Part shown: in pieces, positions 22,680-35,847 of the stretch | Position numbering within the stretch: the first letter of the stretch is position 1 | Layout: every line of letters starts with the position of its first letter | NCBI GenBank assembly: GCA_043228905.1 | Contig: JBHGNT010000009.1 | Span: forward strand, 13,206,001 to 13,270,000 | Length of the DNA: 64,000 bases | Source of the DNA: Azolla caroliniana | Taxonomy: Eukaryota; Plantae; Polypodiophyta | Reading direction: 5' to 3' | The notes under the pieces: generated by a model | What the model was told of the DNA's origin: nothing | The model's database searches: none | The model's input: only the letters and a program-made list of their open reading frames with translations | Made by a program: the position numbers and the translations under genes

Positions 22680-25600
22680 TGTTGTAGGTTTTAGGGTTAG
22701 GGTCAAGGATGATAATCATGATAAAGATGATTGATGATGAAGATAGACATTGTGTAATGGTGGAGATGACGGGCATGATGATGAGAGATCGTATAGAGAA
22801 GCATAGAGAAGCATTGCGGGGTGGGGGGTGGTGCCTAGAATGGCTCCACCCCCCTCCCAAGGGGATTCAACGTTGAGGGGGAGAGAGAGAGAGAAAGAGG
22901 GATGACAAGAGAGAGATTAGGAGAGAAAATGGTTCATTCTTCATTCATTCCCCATAAGGGGTTAAATAGTACAAGAGGGGGTAGTTACAAAGGGGTGTAA
23001 GCCCCATAGAGCATTCATATTGGACACTCACTCACACCTCATCGTATCCCTCCACATGCACACACGTGTGCATGTGTTCACATACATATCAACTCACAAT
23101 TACATTTATGTTCCCTACACATATACAACATCATCATGATAATATTCGACCCTCGCTCATCACACTTGACTCTCCGTACAACTCGTACGGGGTAACACAT
23201 ATGGCACGCCCGTGGGAAAGTGCGTTGCACGTCGATCCCACATGCCTTGATGATGATATTTCTTCGACCGGAACTTCCATCGGTCCTTTCAACGATCGAC
23301 TCCCTCGATCGGAGTGCTTGACTCGACCATCTTTGTTGGTCAGCAAATCTTCCGCGACACGAACATTCTCGTTCTGTCGACTTACGAACTTCGTCATGGG
23401 TCCAAAAATGTTGTGTGTATGTGTATCTTCCTTTAATTTTGTGTGAGTTGTCGTTGTTGATCACATCCATTTCTCTAGGTGGATGAGTTTTTACAATTTC
23501 GTCGGTGCCCTCAAGTTTTAAAATTTTTATTACATACCCTCGAATTTTGACAATGTCATTCAGTACCCTCAGGGTTTCAATATTTGTTACATGCCCCCCC
23601 CCTCTCTTTTTGTGTTTTCTTCCTTGCTTTTTCTTCTTCCTCTCTTGTTTCTTCTTATTCTTGTTTTCTGTTTGCGTTTTCTCTCTCTTATCGTTGTCTG
23701 TTTCTTCTTCTTCTTTTCTGATTCTGTTTCATCTTTCTCTTCTTTTTATCTTCATCCTCTCTTCTCGTTTTTCTTCCTTCTTTCACCACCGCTATGCTAT
23801 GTCCATTGTCCGTGGCTGTCACGCTCTGCTTTTGTGTGTCGTTGTGTGTTTGTACGGCCTTCTCTGTTCATCTCCGTCTCGGTCTCTGTTTTTTTTTTTT
23901 TCTGTTTCCGTCTCTGGGTCCATCGCCGTTGCCATCGGTGTCCTCCGATGCTCGGACTTGGCTGTCCAGCCGCCGCTTTCCGTTCCTGTTCTGCCATCGT
24001 TTGGCGTCATTGCCGTCTCTGTCGGCCCTGTCCGGCCATTCTATGGTCTGCCATCTCTGTCCAGATGTCTCTATTCTTTACGACCATCGGTTGTCTGGCC
24101 GCCAACACCTCTTGTGCTTCTTCTTTTCCTTCCCTTCCTTCTTCTCTTCTTCATCTTCTTCTTCTCTTTCATCATTGTCGATTGTATGTTCGTTTGTTGG
24201 CCGCCACTGTTCGGCCGCAATCGGGGCACTGCTCCAACTATCGTTGTTCGGCCGCTTCGTCCCTGTCTCCCTCACTGTTGTGGTCGGTCGTCCCTTCGTC
24301 TTTCCGGTCGTTTTTGTCGTTTGTCCGGTTGTCCGGTCCGTTCTGGTCATTGCTTTGTCACTGTGCCGACCGTTACCACTCTGGTTGTCTCTCCATCTCT
24401 GCAACCGTCCCGTCATCTTCCGTCTTCATCACCGTTCTCCGTTCGGTCGTTGGCTTTCCGGTCGTTTCTATCGCCATTCGTCCTTCACTCGAGTTGTTCG
24501 GTCTTGTCCGGCGCCTTTCCATCCAGCCCTGTTTCCGTTTCTGTTGTCGTCTCTGCCGGTTCGTCATAGTCCAACCTCGTCCGTCGCTTGCCCGCTCTGC
24601 ACACAATCTGGCCGCTCCTCTTCGGCCACTCTTTGACTGTTGTGTAGGGTTTCGGGTTGCCATTCGCCGCCGCTGTCCGGCCTCTGCCGTATAGCGTCGT
24701 CGTCGTTCGGCCATTTGTCCCGCTGTTCGACCTAGGGTTTGCTCATGGCTTTTGGGGTCTCTGGCCCTTTCCGTCTCTGTCCGGCTGTATCTCCGACAGA
24801 AACCGTTTTCATCTCTCGTTGTCTTCGTCTGGCGCCCTGAGCCTTTTGTCCGTCAATGTTGTTGTCGAGTCACCCTCGTTGGTCCTGCTGTCTTTGCATG
24901 TGTGTGTTTGTTGTGATGTCCCTTTTTCTGGTTGTCGATGTTTGGTCCACGTCTGCATCTTCTTCTGCCCCTTCGGTGATAACCAACTTTGGTTCTTGTT
25001 CCGATTCCGGTTCCACTCTCTTTGCGTTGTTTCTTCTGGAACCATAGCCCATGCATTCGCAACACATCCTGCCGGCCTCCGCTCCACACACTGCGTCTTC
25101 CACCGCAGTCTTCAGGTGGGCTTCTCTTACCGGTCGTGCTGGCACCGGTTCCCTCTGCGTCGCTGTTTTTCCAGCCGTGCATCTTGCACCACGCATTCGA
25201 ACACGCACATTGTCACTAACCGCATTCGGAAACACGTACATGGACACCAATCGCAACCTTGCACAAACATCGTTTCCATTCATGAATTCTTTCATCGCAT
25301 TGTCATTTCCTGCACTCACACAAATATGTTGCTATGGCCTTCGCTATGGCCTTCATCACCGCGTATCATTCTTTGACTCCGTTTCCAAAGGGGGGTCGCC
25401 GTAGTGGTCGCCAAAAGGTGTTGTAGGTTTTAGGGTTAGGGTCAAGGATGATAATCATGATAAAGATGATTGATGATGAAGATAGACATTGTGTAATGGT
25501 GGAGATGACGGGCATGATGATGAGAGATCGTATAGAGAAGCATAGAGAAGCATTGCGGGGTGGGGGGTGGTGCCTAGAATGGCTCCACCCCCCTCCCAAG

Positions 25601-25936
25601 GGGATTCAACGTTGAGGGGGAGAGAGAGAGAGAAAGAGGGATGACAAGAGAGAGATTAGGAGAGAAAATGGTTCATTCTTCATTCATTCCCCATAAGGGG
25701 TTAAATAGTACAAGAGGGGGTAGTTACAAAGGGGTGTAAGCCCCATAGAGCATTCATACTGGACACTCACTCACACCTCATCGTATCCCTCCACATGCAC
25801 ACACGTGTGCATGTGTTCACATACATATCAACTCACAATTACATTTATGTTCCCTACACATATACAACATCATCATGATAATATTCGACCCTCGCTCATC
25901 ACACTTGACTCTCCGTACAACTCGTACGGGGTAACA
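22680..25936 (-). mobile_element. Young non-coding LTR element F (non-autonomous) with PBS-like sites at both internal ends
   Basis: 518-bp LTRs 22680-23197 and 25419-25936 with one difference seen; TSD AAGTG at 22675-22679 and 25937-25941; TGGCGACCAC on minus at 25413-25404 and TGGCACGCCCGTGGGA on plus at 23202-23217; no recognisable protein domains. Orientation inferred by analogy with element I. Confidence 0.92.
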
Positions 25937-27885
25937 AAGTGCACATGACAACCCTACCTCGAGTTCTACTATCACTTCTAATAACTTAAGTACTAAGCCG
26001 AATAGCCCATGCCTTGAGAATAGATTTGATGTCTTGAGCCCATTCGAGGATGTGTTAAACGAATAAGTCCGGCCAAAATAGGAGCCATTTGGTTGAACCA
26101 TCCTAGATATGTAGAATCAGTACCTAGTTGTGGTTCCATTTCATCAAATCAAGTTAGTAGAGTTTTTTTCTGCACAAGTCGAGCTTAGCACATCTACAGG
26201 TCTTTGAGTCCTAACCTCTGCCCTCCTAGATTCTGGAGCCAAATCTTGTTTCATGGATGACGAGTTTGCATTGACCCAAAATATCCTCTTGAATAAGCTC
26301 TTGAACCCAGTAGTTGTAGGAGTCATTGATGGTTGCCTTATCGCATCAGGTGATATAGTCGAAGAGTCTGAACCAATTCGTGTAGTCCTAGGTAATTTGG
26401 CTAGTGTCATCTCATTCAACATCATTAGTAGTCTAGAGCACTCTCTAGTTCTTGCTTGGTCTTCCTTGGTTTGAGTTACATAACCCAACTATTGATTGGA
26501 GAAAAAGAACTATTGAAGAGGTCATGGTACAGTCCGAGTCTCTTGAAACTCCAACAAAGGATCTAGGATCCCACACAATTTCAACAATCTCTATACATCA
26601 GTTACATGAGGATGGAAGGAATGAAGACATGTTGGTGTTCGCGGTTTTAGCAACTCCCTCATCTAGCTCACAAGAATTGGGGGCCCAACTACCAAAGAAG
26701 TACATAGAATTCTCTAATGTGTTCGATAAGGTGAAGGCGAACAGACAACCAAAGCATCGACCATATGATTGTCCGATTGATTTGCAACCAGGAAAAGAGC
26801 CTCCATGGGGGCCAATTTATAACCTTTCACCCACGAAGTTAGAGGTTCCTCGTGAATATATTGATGAGAACTTGGCAAATGGTTTTATCCAACATTCAAG
26901 ATCGCATGTTGGTGCACCCATCTTTTTCTTTAAGAAAAAAGATGGTACACTTCGTATGGTTGTGGATTATCGGGGCTTGAATAAAGTGACTATTCGAAAC
27001 TGATATGCTCTACCATTGATCTCAAGCCTTCTGGAACGTCTCAACGGAGCAAAATATTTCACAAAGTTAGATTTCGAGGTGCCTACAACCTTGTTTGAAT
27101 TCGTCCTAGGGATGAATGGAAGACTGCGTTCCGCACTCGCTATGGTCATTTTGAGTATACAATGATGCTATTTCGTCTCACGAATGCACCAACAGTTTTC
27201 CAACATATGGCGAATGACATTTTTCGAGACTTCCTCGATATCTTCATCATAGTTTACTTGGATGATATCTTGATCTACTAAAAAACTCAAGAGGAGCATG
27301 AGATACACGTTCGTCAAGTTTTGCAGTGGTTGTGAGAATATGGTCTCTATGCAAAATTGGAGAAGTGTAGTTTCGACTAGTGTCAAGTGGAATTTTTGGG
27401 CTACATAGTCTCTTCAAATGGCATCTCTATGGATCCGTCAAAGGTTCAAACAATTTTGGATTGGCAAACACCACAATCTGTGCAAGATGTACAATGTTTT
27501 TTGGGGTTCGCAAACTTTTATCGCAAGTTGAACAAAGATCATTCAAAGATTGTATTGCTCCTCACTCAACTGACATAAAAGAATTGACCATTTGTATGGA
27601 GTATAGATGCAAGCTCTGCATTTGAGAGTTTAAAGCAAGCGTTTACATCTGCACCAATTTTAATGCATGTTGATCCAATGAGGCGCTTTATACTTGAAGT
27701 TGATGCATCTGATTTCACACTTGGAAGTGTACTATCCCAGATTGGCGAAGATGGCGAATTGCACCCTGTGGCTTTTCACTCACGGAAATGTGACGCCACA
27801 GAAATCAACTACGAGATTCACAACAAAGAGCTTCTTCCCATTGTGGATTCTTTTCAATAATGGCGTCATTTTTTGGAGGGTTCTT

Positions 27886-30800
27886 TGTTAACCGTTCTGT
27901 TGGAAACACCTTCGATATGCCTACAAGCTATTGGTATCAAGGGAAGTGTAACGTGAAGACTTGTGCACGGAGGTGTCGTTAGGGGAAGAACATGGAGAGC
28001 ATACCTAGAATAGAGCCCAGGTTGTATACGTAGTTGAGACCTTAGAAACGACGACACACAGATGAAACAACAAGAGCTAATAGATATGTATTACTGCAAC
28101 AGTTAGTGATGATTACAAAAAAACACGGCCCATAGCCGGTAGCCTTACAAAGCTCTTATATCTATGAAAATGACCTCGCCTAGGCTCTCGATATCCCCTC
28201 TGCCGAGGTACGCAGACCTCGGTTTATATACTTTTTCTTCATACAACGCCGAGCGGTCGGCTGACTGTGAGGCTCGAAACTCGGCGTTTACCTACTCTCC
28301 CTTACCTACTCGCCTTACCTCCGGCGTATTACATTTAACTAATTTCTATTTTTGGCCTATGGACAACACCTGGCACGCCCGACAGGACTTTGTTCGTCGG
28401 ACCCACAATTTACCATGGATTTGGCAAAACAACACGAACTACAAAAAAAATTGCCGTTCCTACGAGGGCTGATAGGTTGGTTTTATTCCTCTTCCAATAT
28501 GCCAAGGATATCCTCGAGGGCGTGGGGTTGGGCTGGCTGCTCGGTTAGGTGCGCCGGTGATGGAGGTTGTGTTGCTGAGTTGGGGATGGCGGTGTCGGCG
28601 TGTGTGCCCTCCTCTGTTGAGATCGATTCAGGCAGGGTCAGGTTTATAGTCTGTGGCTCAGGTGGGATGTGGACGTCGGTAGGAACAGGTTCCTCCGGTT
28701 TAATAGCCGCGGTGAGAGTTGCGCCGATCATTACGGAAATTTCTCAGATCGTATCGATCATCCCGATCCTATTCATTCTGATCATAATCGTCATTTTCCT
28801 GATACTGGTCATCGTGATAGCGATCACGGCGGTCGTCCGATCTCTGTCGGTTGTCGTTTCGGTAACGGTCGTCGTCCCGACGGTAATTGTCGTTACGACG
28901 CTGTCTATCCGGCGATTGGGGTCGTTGGTTATCCTAGTTCTAGTAGGATTGTTGCTCGTCCTGACGAGAGTATGTATCCCTAGGCTCGATCTGGCGAACC
29001 GGGGCCGTCGTTGTGCAATTGAGCATATTGTATTCATAGTGCTCAACAGTGTGGGATCGGGACTGGCAGATCAGACACTGTGGTCGGTGAGGACATTCGA
29101 GGGCCAGATGGCCCAATCCCGAGCAAACTGTGCATTGGAGGGCGTGGTGGAAGTGATTGTCCTCCTGGGGAAGGGCGCTTTGCAGTGAACTCATAGAGAA
29201 AGTCGTGCTTTGCTGAGTCCGATTGAGGGCGAGGACGCGCACTATGACTTGCTCGATCGTTTGGTTGTCAAAATTAGTAAGCGCAAGAGTAGTCCGTAGA
29301 GGCTCCCGTAGGCTGGATAGGAATACGTCCGAAATGTGCTGTGCAGAGACATTGTCGGCCACTTGTCTGTAGAGATCCCGGAACCGAATTGTGAACTGTG
29401 CGACCGTCTTGTGCGGTTCTTGTCGCATGGAAAAGAACTGTCGGAGCAATTCTCGTTTGGGCACCTCACGATGAAACAATTCTAGGAATTGCGTGCAAAC
29501 GTCGTGGAAGGTGACAAACTCCCTTGTGTCGAGGTCAGAATACGAGTGCGCAGCTGATCCATCGAGGGATAGCTAAGCTCGGCAATTTTTGAGGCCTCGA
29601 TTTCGGCAGGCGAGAGTCGCTGTGTTGAGTGGTTGGCCTGCCAAGTGGACACGAAGGCACGAACGTGCAACTCCACGTCGAGGTTGTCGGTGTATCGTGG
29701 GTAAGGATACAGTGTCGTGAAGAATTTCGTCCAGAGACGGAAATCGGGAAATATTGGCTACATCGGCGGGTGCACCATATGCACTCACCCTCGTGTAATT
29801 GTGTGAATTATAGGAGTTAAGTCGGGACGAAGAGTCCCATGTAAATCGGGATTTATCCCACATTGTAACACATCCCTCTCCTTATTCTATAAAAGGAAGG
29901 GATGGTCCCTTGTAGAAGGGTTGCCCATTTTGTATTAGCAGGGTATACCGTTAGACGGAGAGACATTCTCTCTTTCTATCTCTCTCTCTTGTTTTAGGGT
30001 TTCTTCTTCTTCTTCTTCTTCTTCGTGCTTTTGTGCGTCGAGCCTTGGCATCTAGCGTTCTAGTTTTCTGCCCTGTACTCTGTGCAAGACCCCGCTCGGT
30101 GCGACAAGCCCGTGAGCTCCCCGACCGGCGGCTTGGCAGTAGACAAAAGTTGTATCTCATGCAGCCTAGGTCCGTCTTGAAGTCGGTGTCGAATCTCGTT
30201 GTCTTGTAAATACATATACATTTGGTTGTGCATATTCGGGTCCCTGTTGGTGTGCATGTGTGTGTCTTAGTGTTTCTTTCTTGCTTATGTACATGTTCGT
30301 GCGAGAGTCAATGTTGCCTGCCTGCTCACTCTCTCTCTCTTTCCCTTCGGTTGCTTCCGGTGTGCTCTTGGGGTGCCCCGAAAAGGGTGAATCTCGGCTT
30401 CCTACACTCCGTCACTCCCTAGTCCATGACCCCCTGTGGTCCCGCCTTTCTACACGCACGCGCGTAACAACGCGACATCTTTGGTGAACCCGATGTGAAA
30501 GGCGGCAAGGGAGGATGGAGTCGGAAGACGATGACCTCGCGGTGATGGTGGCCGAAGTGGTGTTGGAGTCGGCACGAGTGGTGATGAGACGAGAAGCAGC
30601 GCAACAAGTAGTTGAGCGAGTGGTCGAAAGAGTCGGCCGTTTCAACGGGGACGAAGTCCCATCTTACTTGGAAGCCTACAACGCGGAAATGGAGGAGCGA
30701 GACGTGGACGAAGCGTTGACGCTGGAGTTCTTTTGTCGGGCTGTCGCCGTCCGTATGCACGCGGAAGTGAAGGAGCTCCGACAAGCTCATAGTTCGTGGG

Positions 30801-33800
30801 AGGCCTTTGAAGAGGCGCTCCTGCAGGCATATGGAGGATGGCGGAAGAGCCGGGGACGACACGACTTCGACCAGTGGGTAGCATCGGCAGAGACCCACCG
30901 GGGAGCGACGAAGGCATTCTGAGAGTTCGAGCAACGACTTGCTCGGCTCTTGGAGTGGGAACAAGGTTTGGTGGGGGCGGACAAAGTCCTATTGTTCATC
31001 AGGTCGATCGACCGAGCGGAACGGGAGGCCATCGGGATCGAGCTCGAAGAGGATGACGGAGTGAATGGGCTTACGGAGGACTGGTCGAAGGTCGGAAGGG
31101 TGTGCCAATGGTTAGACAACGAGCGAGCCGAGAAGGCTAAGAGGAAGGGGTGCGACGGCGTGCCATCACAGCGGGAAGAGGCCGAACGGCAAAGAGAGTC
31201 GGCAAGGGTCGGCGTTGGGGCCAGGATTGCGGAGGCGTACGCAGCTCTCGAGGCGATGCTCGAGGAAGAGGAAAGATCGAGGTCGCAAGCCGAGACTGAG
31301 GAGACGGACCTGCCCCACGCGATGACGGAAGATCGGTACGACGGTACCATGGGAGAGGGTGCGGAACAAAACGCCCTCTCGACTTGCAGAGATTGAACGG
31401 TCAAGGACGAGGCCGAGATACCGATCGCGGGATCGGAACGTTGGAACCAGTGGTTTCGGGCGTGTCAGCCCGAAACCCCGGACATCGGAGAAGCAAGCCC
31501 AGGTGGGGCTTACGCGATCGGTAAGGAGACGACCGCCGACCAGGAAGAGCCGGTGGCTACGGACAAGGGCGTAAACCGGACGAGCGATTCTTTGAGCCTT
31601 CCCACACTTGCTCCCAAGACGATGGTAGTCGGGCCCGAGTGCCCACGTGAGTCCCAAGCGGAGGAAGGCGGCGGCGAGAGACCAAGAATCACCAGCGAGA
31701 CGATACGAGGAAGGAGCGGACGAAAGCCCCCAGATCCGATTCCGGAGAACTCGGCATTCGGGCCCATATGCCCATGTAAGACCGAGGAGATGGATGGCAG
31801 TACCGGGGAGTCCTGGCACGATGCCAACGAAGATGGATGGGAGATGGCCAGCGACAAGGTCGACGAAGAGACCAAGGAACGACCCGACCGGGGACCGAAC
31901 CGTGCGATGCTCCGATACTGGTGGAGCGTAATCCGGTCGTGGATTGTTCGATCGGGGCCAGATTCGGCATAAAGGTGCCGATACAGGAGAGGGTGCGGGA
32001 TGAGCCGCCCTCTTTTACATGGGGAGAAAGACCAACTGGGTGAAGGTCGAGAATTGGAAGGAGGGTGATCAGAGGTTTGGAAAGAGTCTGGCAAGATCGG
32101 CATCGGAGCCGAAACTCCGGACATTGGAGAATCAAGCTCAGGCGGGCTTGATTGATCATAGAGCGGATGCTATCCACCGACACCACTAAAAGGGGTGGTG
32201 GCCCGGACGAGTTGCCGAAAGACGTTGCGAAATTGGTTACGCCACATCCTATCTGGAGACTACGGTTGTTCGGCCGACGGGGCAACGTAAGACCGAAAGA
32301 GATGGAAGGTGGAGGTGGAAACGCAGCAAGGAGAGCGACGACAAGTTACGGAGAAGTACAGGGTTTGAAGAGGAGAACAAAGACCGGTCCCATGAGATCT
32401 TCACACCAATCCGGCTGTCGGCCCGAGTGCCGGCGTGAGTCCTATAGGAGAGATTGGTGGCGACAGGAGAATGGGACCCGACAATCCGTACAATGACGAA
32501 CGGACCCGGACGAGAACCGGGCGGAGCAGACTCCCGGATAACCATTCTGGGAGGGAGGAAGAGAGCAGGCCTACGAAGAGGCCGGGAACACGGTACGTCG
32601 GTACCACGGGAGAGGGTGTGGAGCAAGCCACCCTCTCGGCTTGCGAAGGAAGGAAGACCCGGGAGAAGGGTCAAGGATACGAGGAGCCCAAGGAGGATCC
32701 TTCACACCGGATCTAGAGACTTCGGCAGTCGGCAGTGCGGTCAATGTAAGACCAAGATACTGACAGTGGCGGCGGGGGGACAAGGGCGGGCAAACCGAGG
32801 TCCCATGAAGATCCTCACACCAATCCGGCGGTCGGCCCGAGTGTCGTCATGAGTCCTATAGGGAGATCAGTGGCAGCAGGTGAACGTGATCGGACGACAG
32901 AAGCAGAGAAAGAAGGTATCAGGCCGGCGAAGCGGCTACTAACCGAATCGGACCTACCGGCAAGGTCACGGGCGTAAGGAAGTCCGGTCCTACGGGATCT
33001 CCACACCGAACCAGAGACCACGGCTGTTCGGCCGACGGGGCAACGTAAGACCGAAAGAGATGGAAGGTGGTGACGGGAAACGGGACCCGACTACGCGGAA
33101 GACACAAGGAGAATCCGGGAGGGACTCAAACAAAGTCACCTTGAATTTTGGCAAGCAACGAAACGAAGACCGGTCCTATGGGATCTTCACACCGGTTCCG
33201 GAGACCCCAACTGTTCGTCCAACGTGGCAACGTAAGACCGAAGGAGAAGGAAGGTAGCGGCAAGGGACGAGACCCGGCATCGACAAAGGTCGGTAAGACG
33301 GGACGGACGAAGTGCGGAGCCCTTACTGGCCGATTACGGTAGTGGAAGGAGCCGGTAGGGCAAACCCAGGGAGGTGTGTCGGGCCGAAAAGGCACACCTG
33401 GGACGGAACAAGAGTCTCGCAAGTGGCTATCGTGGGCCGGATCGAAGCGTGACTACTGGACGGTGTTTGGCACGGGCGGTGCCGAACAAAGGAAGCGGAA
33501 GACGGCACAAGGGAGGTGCCGGGAACGAGGTGACGGGTGCCTAGTGGACTGCACAGGGTCGGAGTCAAGGGATGGCAAGAGAGGCCGGAGGAGGATCCTC
33601 CACACTCTCTTCGTAGATCTCGGTAGCTCCGTCGAAGTAGCGAAGACTGACACGTCAAGCCCGGGGTGACAAGCTGGTGGGGGCGAGGGGACGACGGCAA
33701 GCGGAAGACTCAGAACCTGTTGCAGCAACACGAAGGCGGGAAGGTGCCGGAGCGGAAAGGCGAGTGTGAAGATTGGTTGTGCGGTTCGGAGGTAGTGCGT

Positions 33801-35847
33801 AGAAGGCCAGAAAAGGATCCTCCACACCGTTCCGGAGACCATGGCGGTTCGAGCCAACGCGGCGACGTAAGACCATGGAGAAGGAAGGTGGCGACGAGAG
33901 GATGAAGGCAACGCGAAGCAACATGGGACGACAATCAGGACAAAGCGAATGGTCGACGGAGGCCAAGTGGGCCACTACGGGCGATCCTCAAGCGGAGGAC
34001 ATCGGGCATACGACGGAGAACGGTGCGTGCACACGGCCGAACAAGGGCTAGCGGAAGTACGCGTACTATGGAGATCGCGGCAAAGGACCCATCAACGGGT
34101 CGGACGAGCCTACGGGGAGGTAAGCGCGAAGGAAGAACCGAAGCCGACGGTTCAAACCGGCAACGAGCCAGGATGCGGATTACGGGAGATCGGTTTCTCA
34201 CCGGCCCAAATCTCTCACCCTTCAACCAGATTTGGCACGTACCGATGGACGTGCGGTTAGGTGGGGGCGGATGTCATGAAGAATTTCGTCCAAAGGCGGA
34301 AACCGGGAAATATTTGCTACATCGACGGGGTGCACCATGTGCACTCACCCTCGTGTAATTGTGTGAATAATAGGAGTTAAGTCGAAACGAAGAATCCCAT
34401 GTAAATCGGGATTTATCCCACATTGTAACGCATCCCTCTCCTTATTCTATAAAAGGAAGGGATGGTCCCTTGTAGAAGGGTTGCCCATTTTGTATTAGCA
34501 GGGTATACCGTTAGACGGAGAGACATTCTCTCTTTCTATCTCTCTCTCTTGTTTTAGGGTTTCTTCTTCTTCTTCTTCTTCTTCGTGCTTTTGTGCGTCG
34601 AGCCTTGGCATCTAGCGTTCTAGTTTTCTGCCCTGTACTCTGTGCAAGACCCCGCTCGGCGCGACAAGCCCAAGAGATCCCCGACCGGCGGCTTGGCAGT
34701 AGACAACGGTTGTATCTCATGTGGCCTAGGTCCGGCTTGAAGTCGGTGTCGAATCTCGTTGTCTTATAAATACATATACATTTGGTTGTGCATATTCGGG
34801 TCCCTGTTGGTGTGCATGTGTGTGTCTTAGTGTTTCTTTCTTGCTTATGTACATGTTCGTGCGAGAGTCAATGTTGCCTGCCTGCTCACTCTCTCTCTCT
34901 CCCTTCGGTTGCTTCCGGTGTGCTCTTGGGGTGCCCCGGAAAGGGTGAATCACGGCTTCCTACGCTCCGTCACTCCCTAGTCCAAGACCCCCGTGGTCCC
35001 GCCTTTCTACACGCACGCACGTAACAACGCGACAACAGCATGGTATCGAATTCGGAGTCTTTCGATAAAACCGGAAAAGGGTTAGTGTTAGGGTGGGTGA
35101 CCCTTGGAGGGCTTGGTGGAGAGGTTGGTGTGGACTCAACTCGCGACCGAGTAGCAGGTGGCGAGGATTGCAACCGGTGAGCCTCCGATATTTCTGGGAA
35201 AGACTAGTCCGTGACCGCCGAGTCGGAAGTGCCTTCGACTGGCTCAGGGCATCGGCCAGATGGCCGAGACCGCTTGGTGTGATTGGGCGCCGTAATGGCG
35301 GATGAAGGTTGTCTTCAACGTAGTTCGTTGTGATCTCATAGCTGTAACCGGGTGTGCCAAATTGTGTTAACCATTCTGTTGGAAACACCTTCGATATGCC
35401 TACAAGCTATCGGTATCAAGGGAAGTGTAACGTGAAGACTTGTGCACGGAGGTATCGTTAGGGGAAGAACACAGAGAGCATACCCGGAATAGAGCCCGGG
35501 TTGTATACGTAATTGAGACCTTAGAAACGACGACACACAGATGAAACAACAAGAGCTAATAGATATGTATTACTGCAACAGTTAGCGATGATTACAAAAA
35601 AACACGGCCCACAGCCGATAGCCTTACAAAGCTCTTATATCTATGAAAATGACCTCACCTAGGCTCTCGATATCCCCTCTGCCGAGGTACACAGACCTCG
35701 GTTTATATACTTTTTCTTCATACAGCGCCGAGCGGTCGGTTGACTGTGAGGCTCGAAACTCAGCATTTACCTACTCTCCCTTACCTACTCGCCTTACCTC
35801 TGGCGTATTACATTTAACTAATTTCTATTTTTGGCCTATGGACAACA
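27886..35847 (-). mobile_element. Gag-only Ty3/gypsy element G inserted in the RNase H of E
   Basis: 483-bp LTRs 27886-28368 and 35365-35847; TSD TTCTT at 27881-27885 and 35848-35852. Minus-strand gag (about 35340-28480, split by H) with FFSMRQEPHKTVAQFTIRF and CTVCSGLGHLALEC knuckle; no pol; PBS TGGCACACCCGG on minus at 35359-35348. Confidence 0.94.
29713..35034 (+). mobile_element. Non-autonomous Ty3/gypsy element H with tRNA-Trp PBS and 4-bp TSD, inserted in gag of G
   Basis: LTRs 29713-30477 and 34272-35034; TSD ACAG at 29709-29712 and 35035-35038 (removal restores G gag DTMLYPYPRY); PBS TGGTGAACCCGATGTGAA at 30482; PPT GGTGGGGGCGGA; gag-like 30515-31396 (GRFNGDEVPSYLEAY...WEAFEEALL); no pol. 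Confidence 0.92.

Noticed and set aside
22686-22702. Telomere-like TTTTAGGGTTAGGG
   Set aside because: Only two units, and part of the F LTR (repeated at about 25427); not an interstitial telomere array.
23505-25404. Long overlapping ORFs (354, 367, 280 and 239 aa) inside element F
   Set aside because: All three plus frames are open because the strand is A-poor and so lacks stop codons; the products are low-complexity F/S/L/V/R with no domain.
28371-28389. tRNA gene at the tRNA-like 3' motifs
   Set aside because: Only the last 16-19 nt including the post-transcriptional CCA are present; no D or anticodon arm.
28352-29188. 278-aa hydrophobic plus-strand ORF resembling a membrane or env-like protein
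   Set aside because: It is the antisense of the repetitive R/D/N/Q-rich gag tail of element G; the hydrophobicity follows from that composition.
32260-33900. CRISPR-like or regular satellite array in element H
   Set aside because: Units are degenerate and irregularly spaced, the intervening sequences are themselves repeated, there are no cas genes, and the context is a eukaryotic LTR element.
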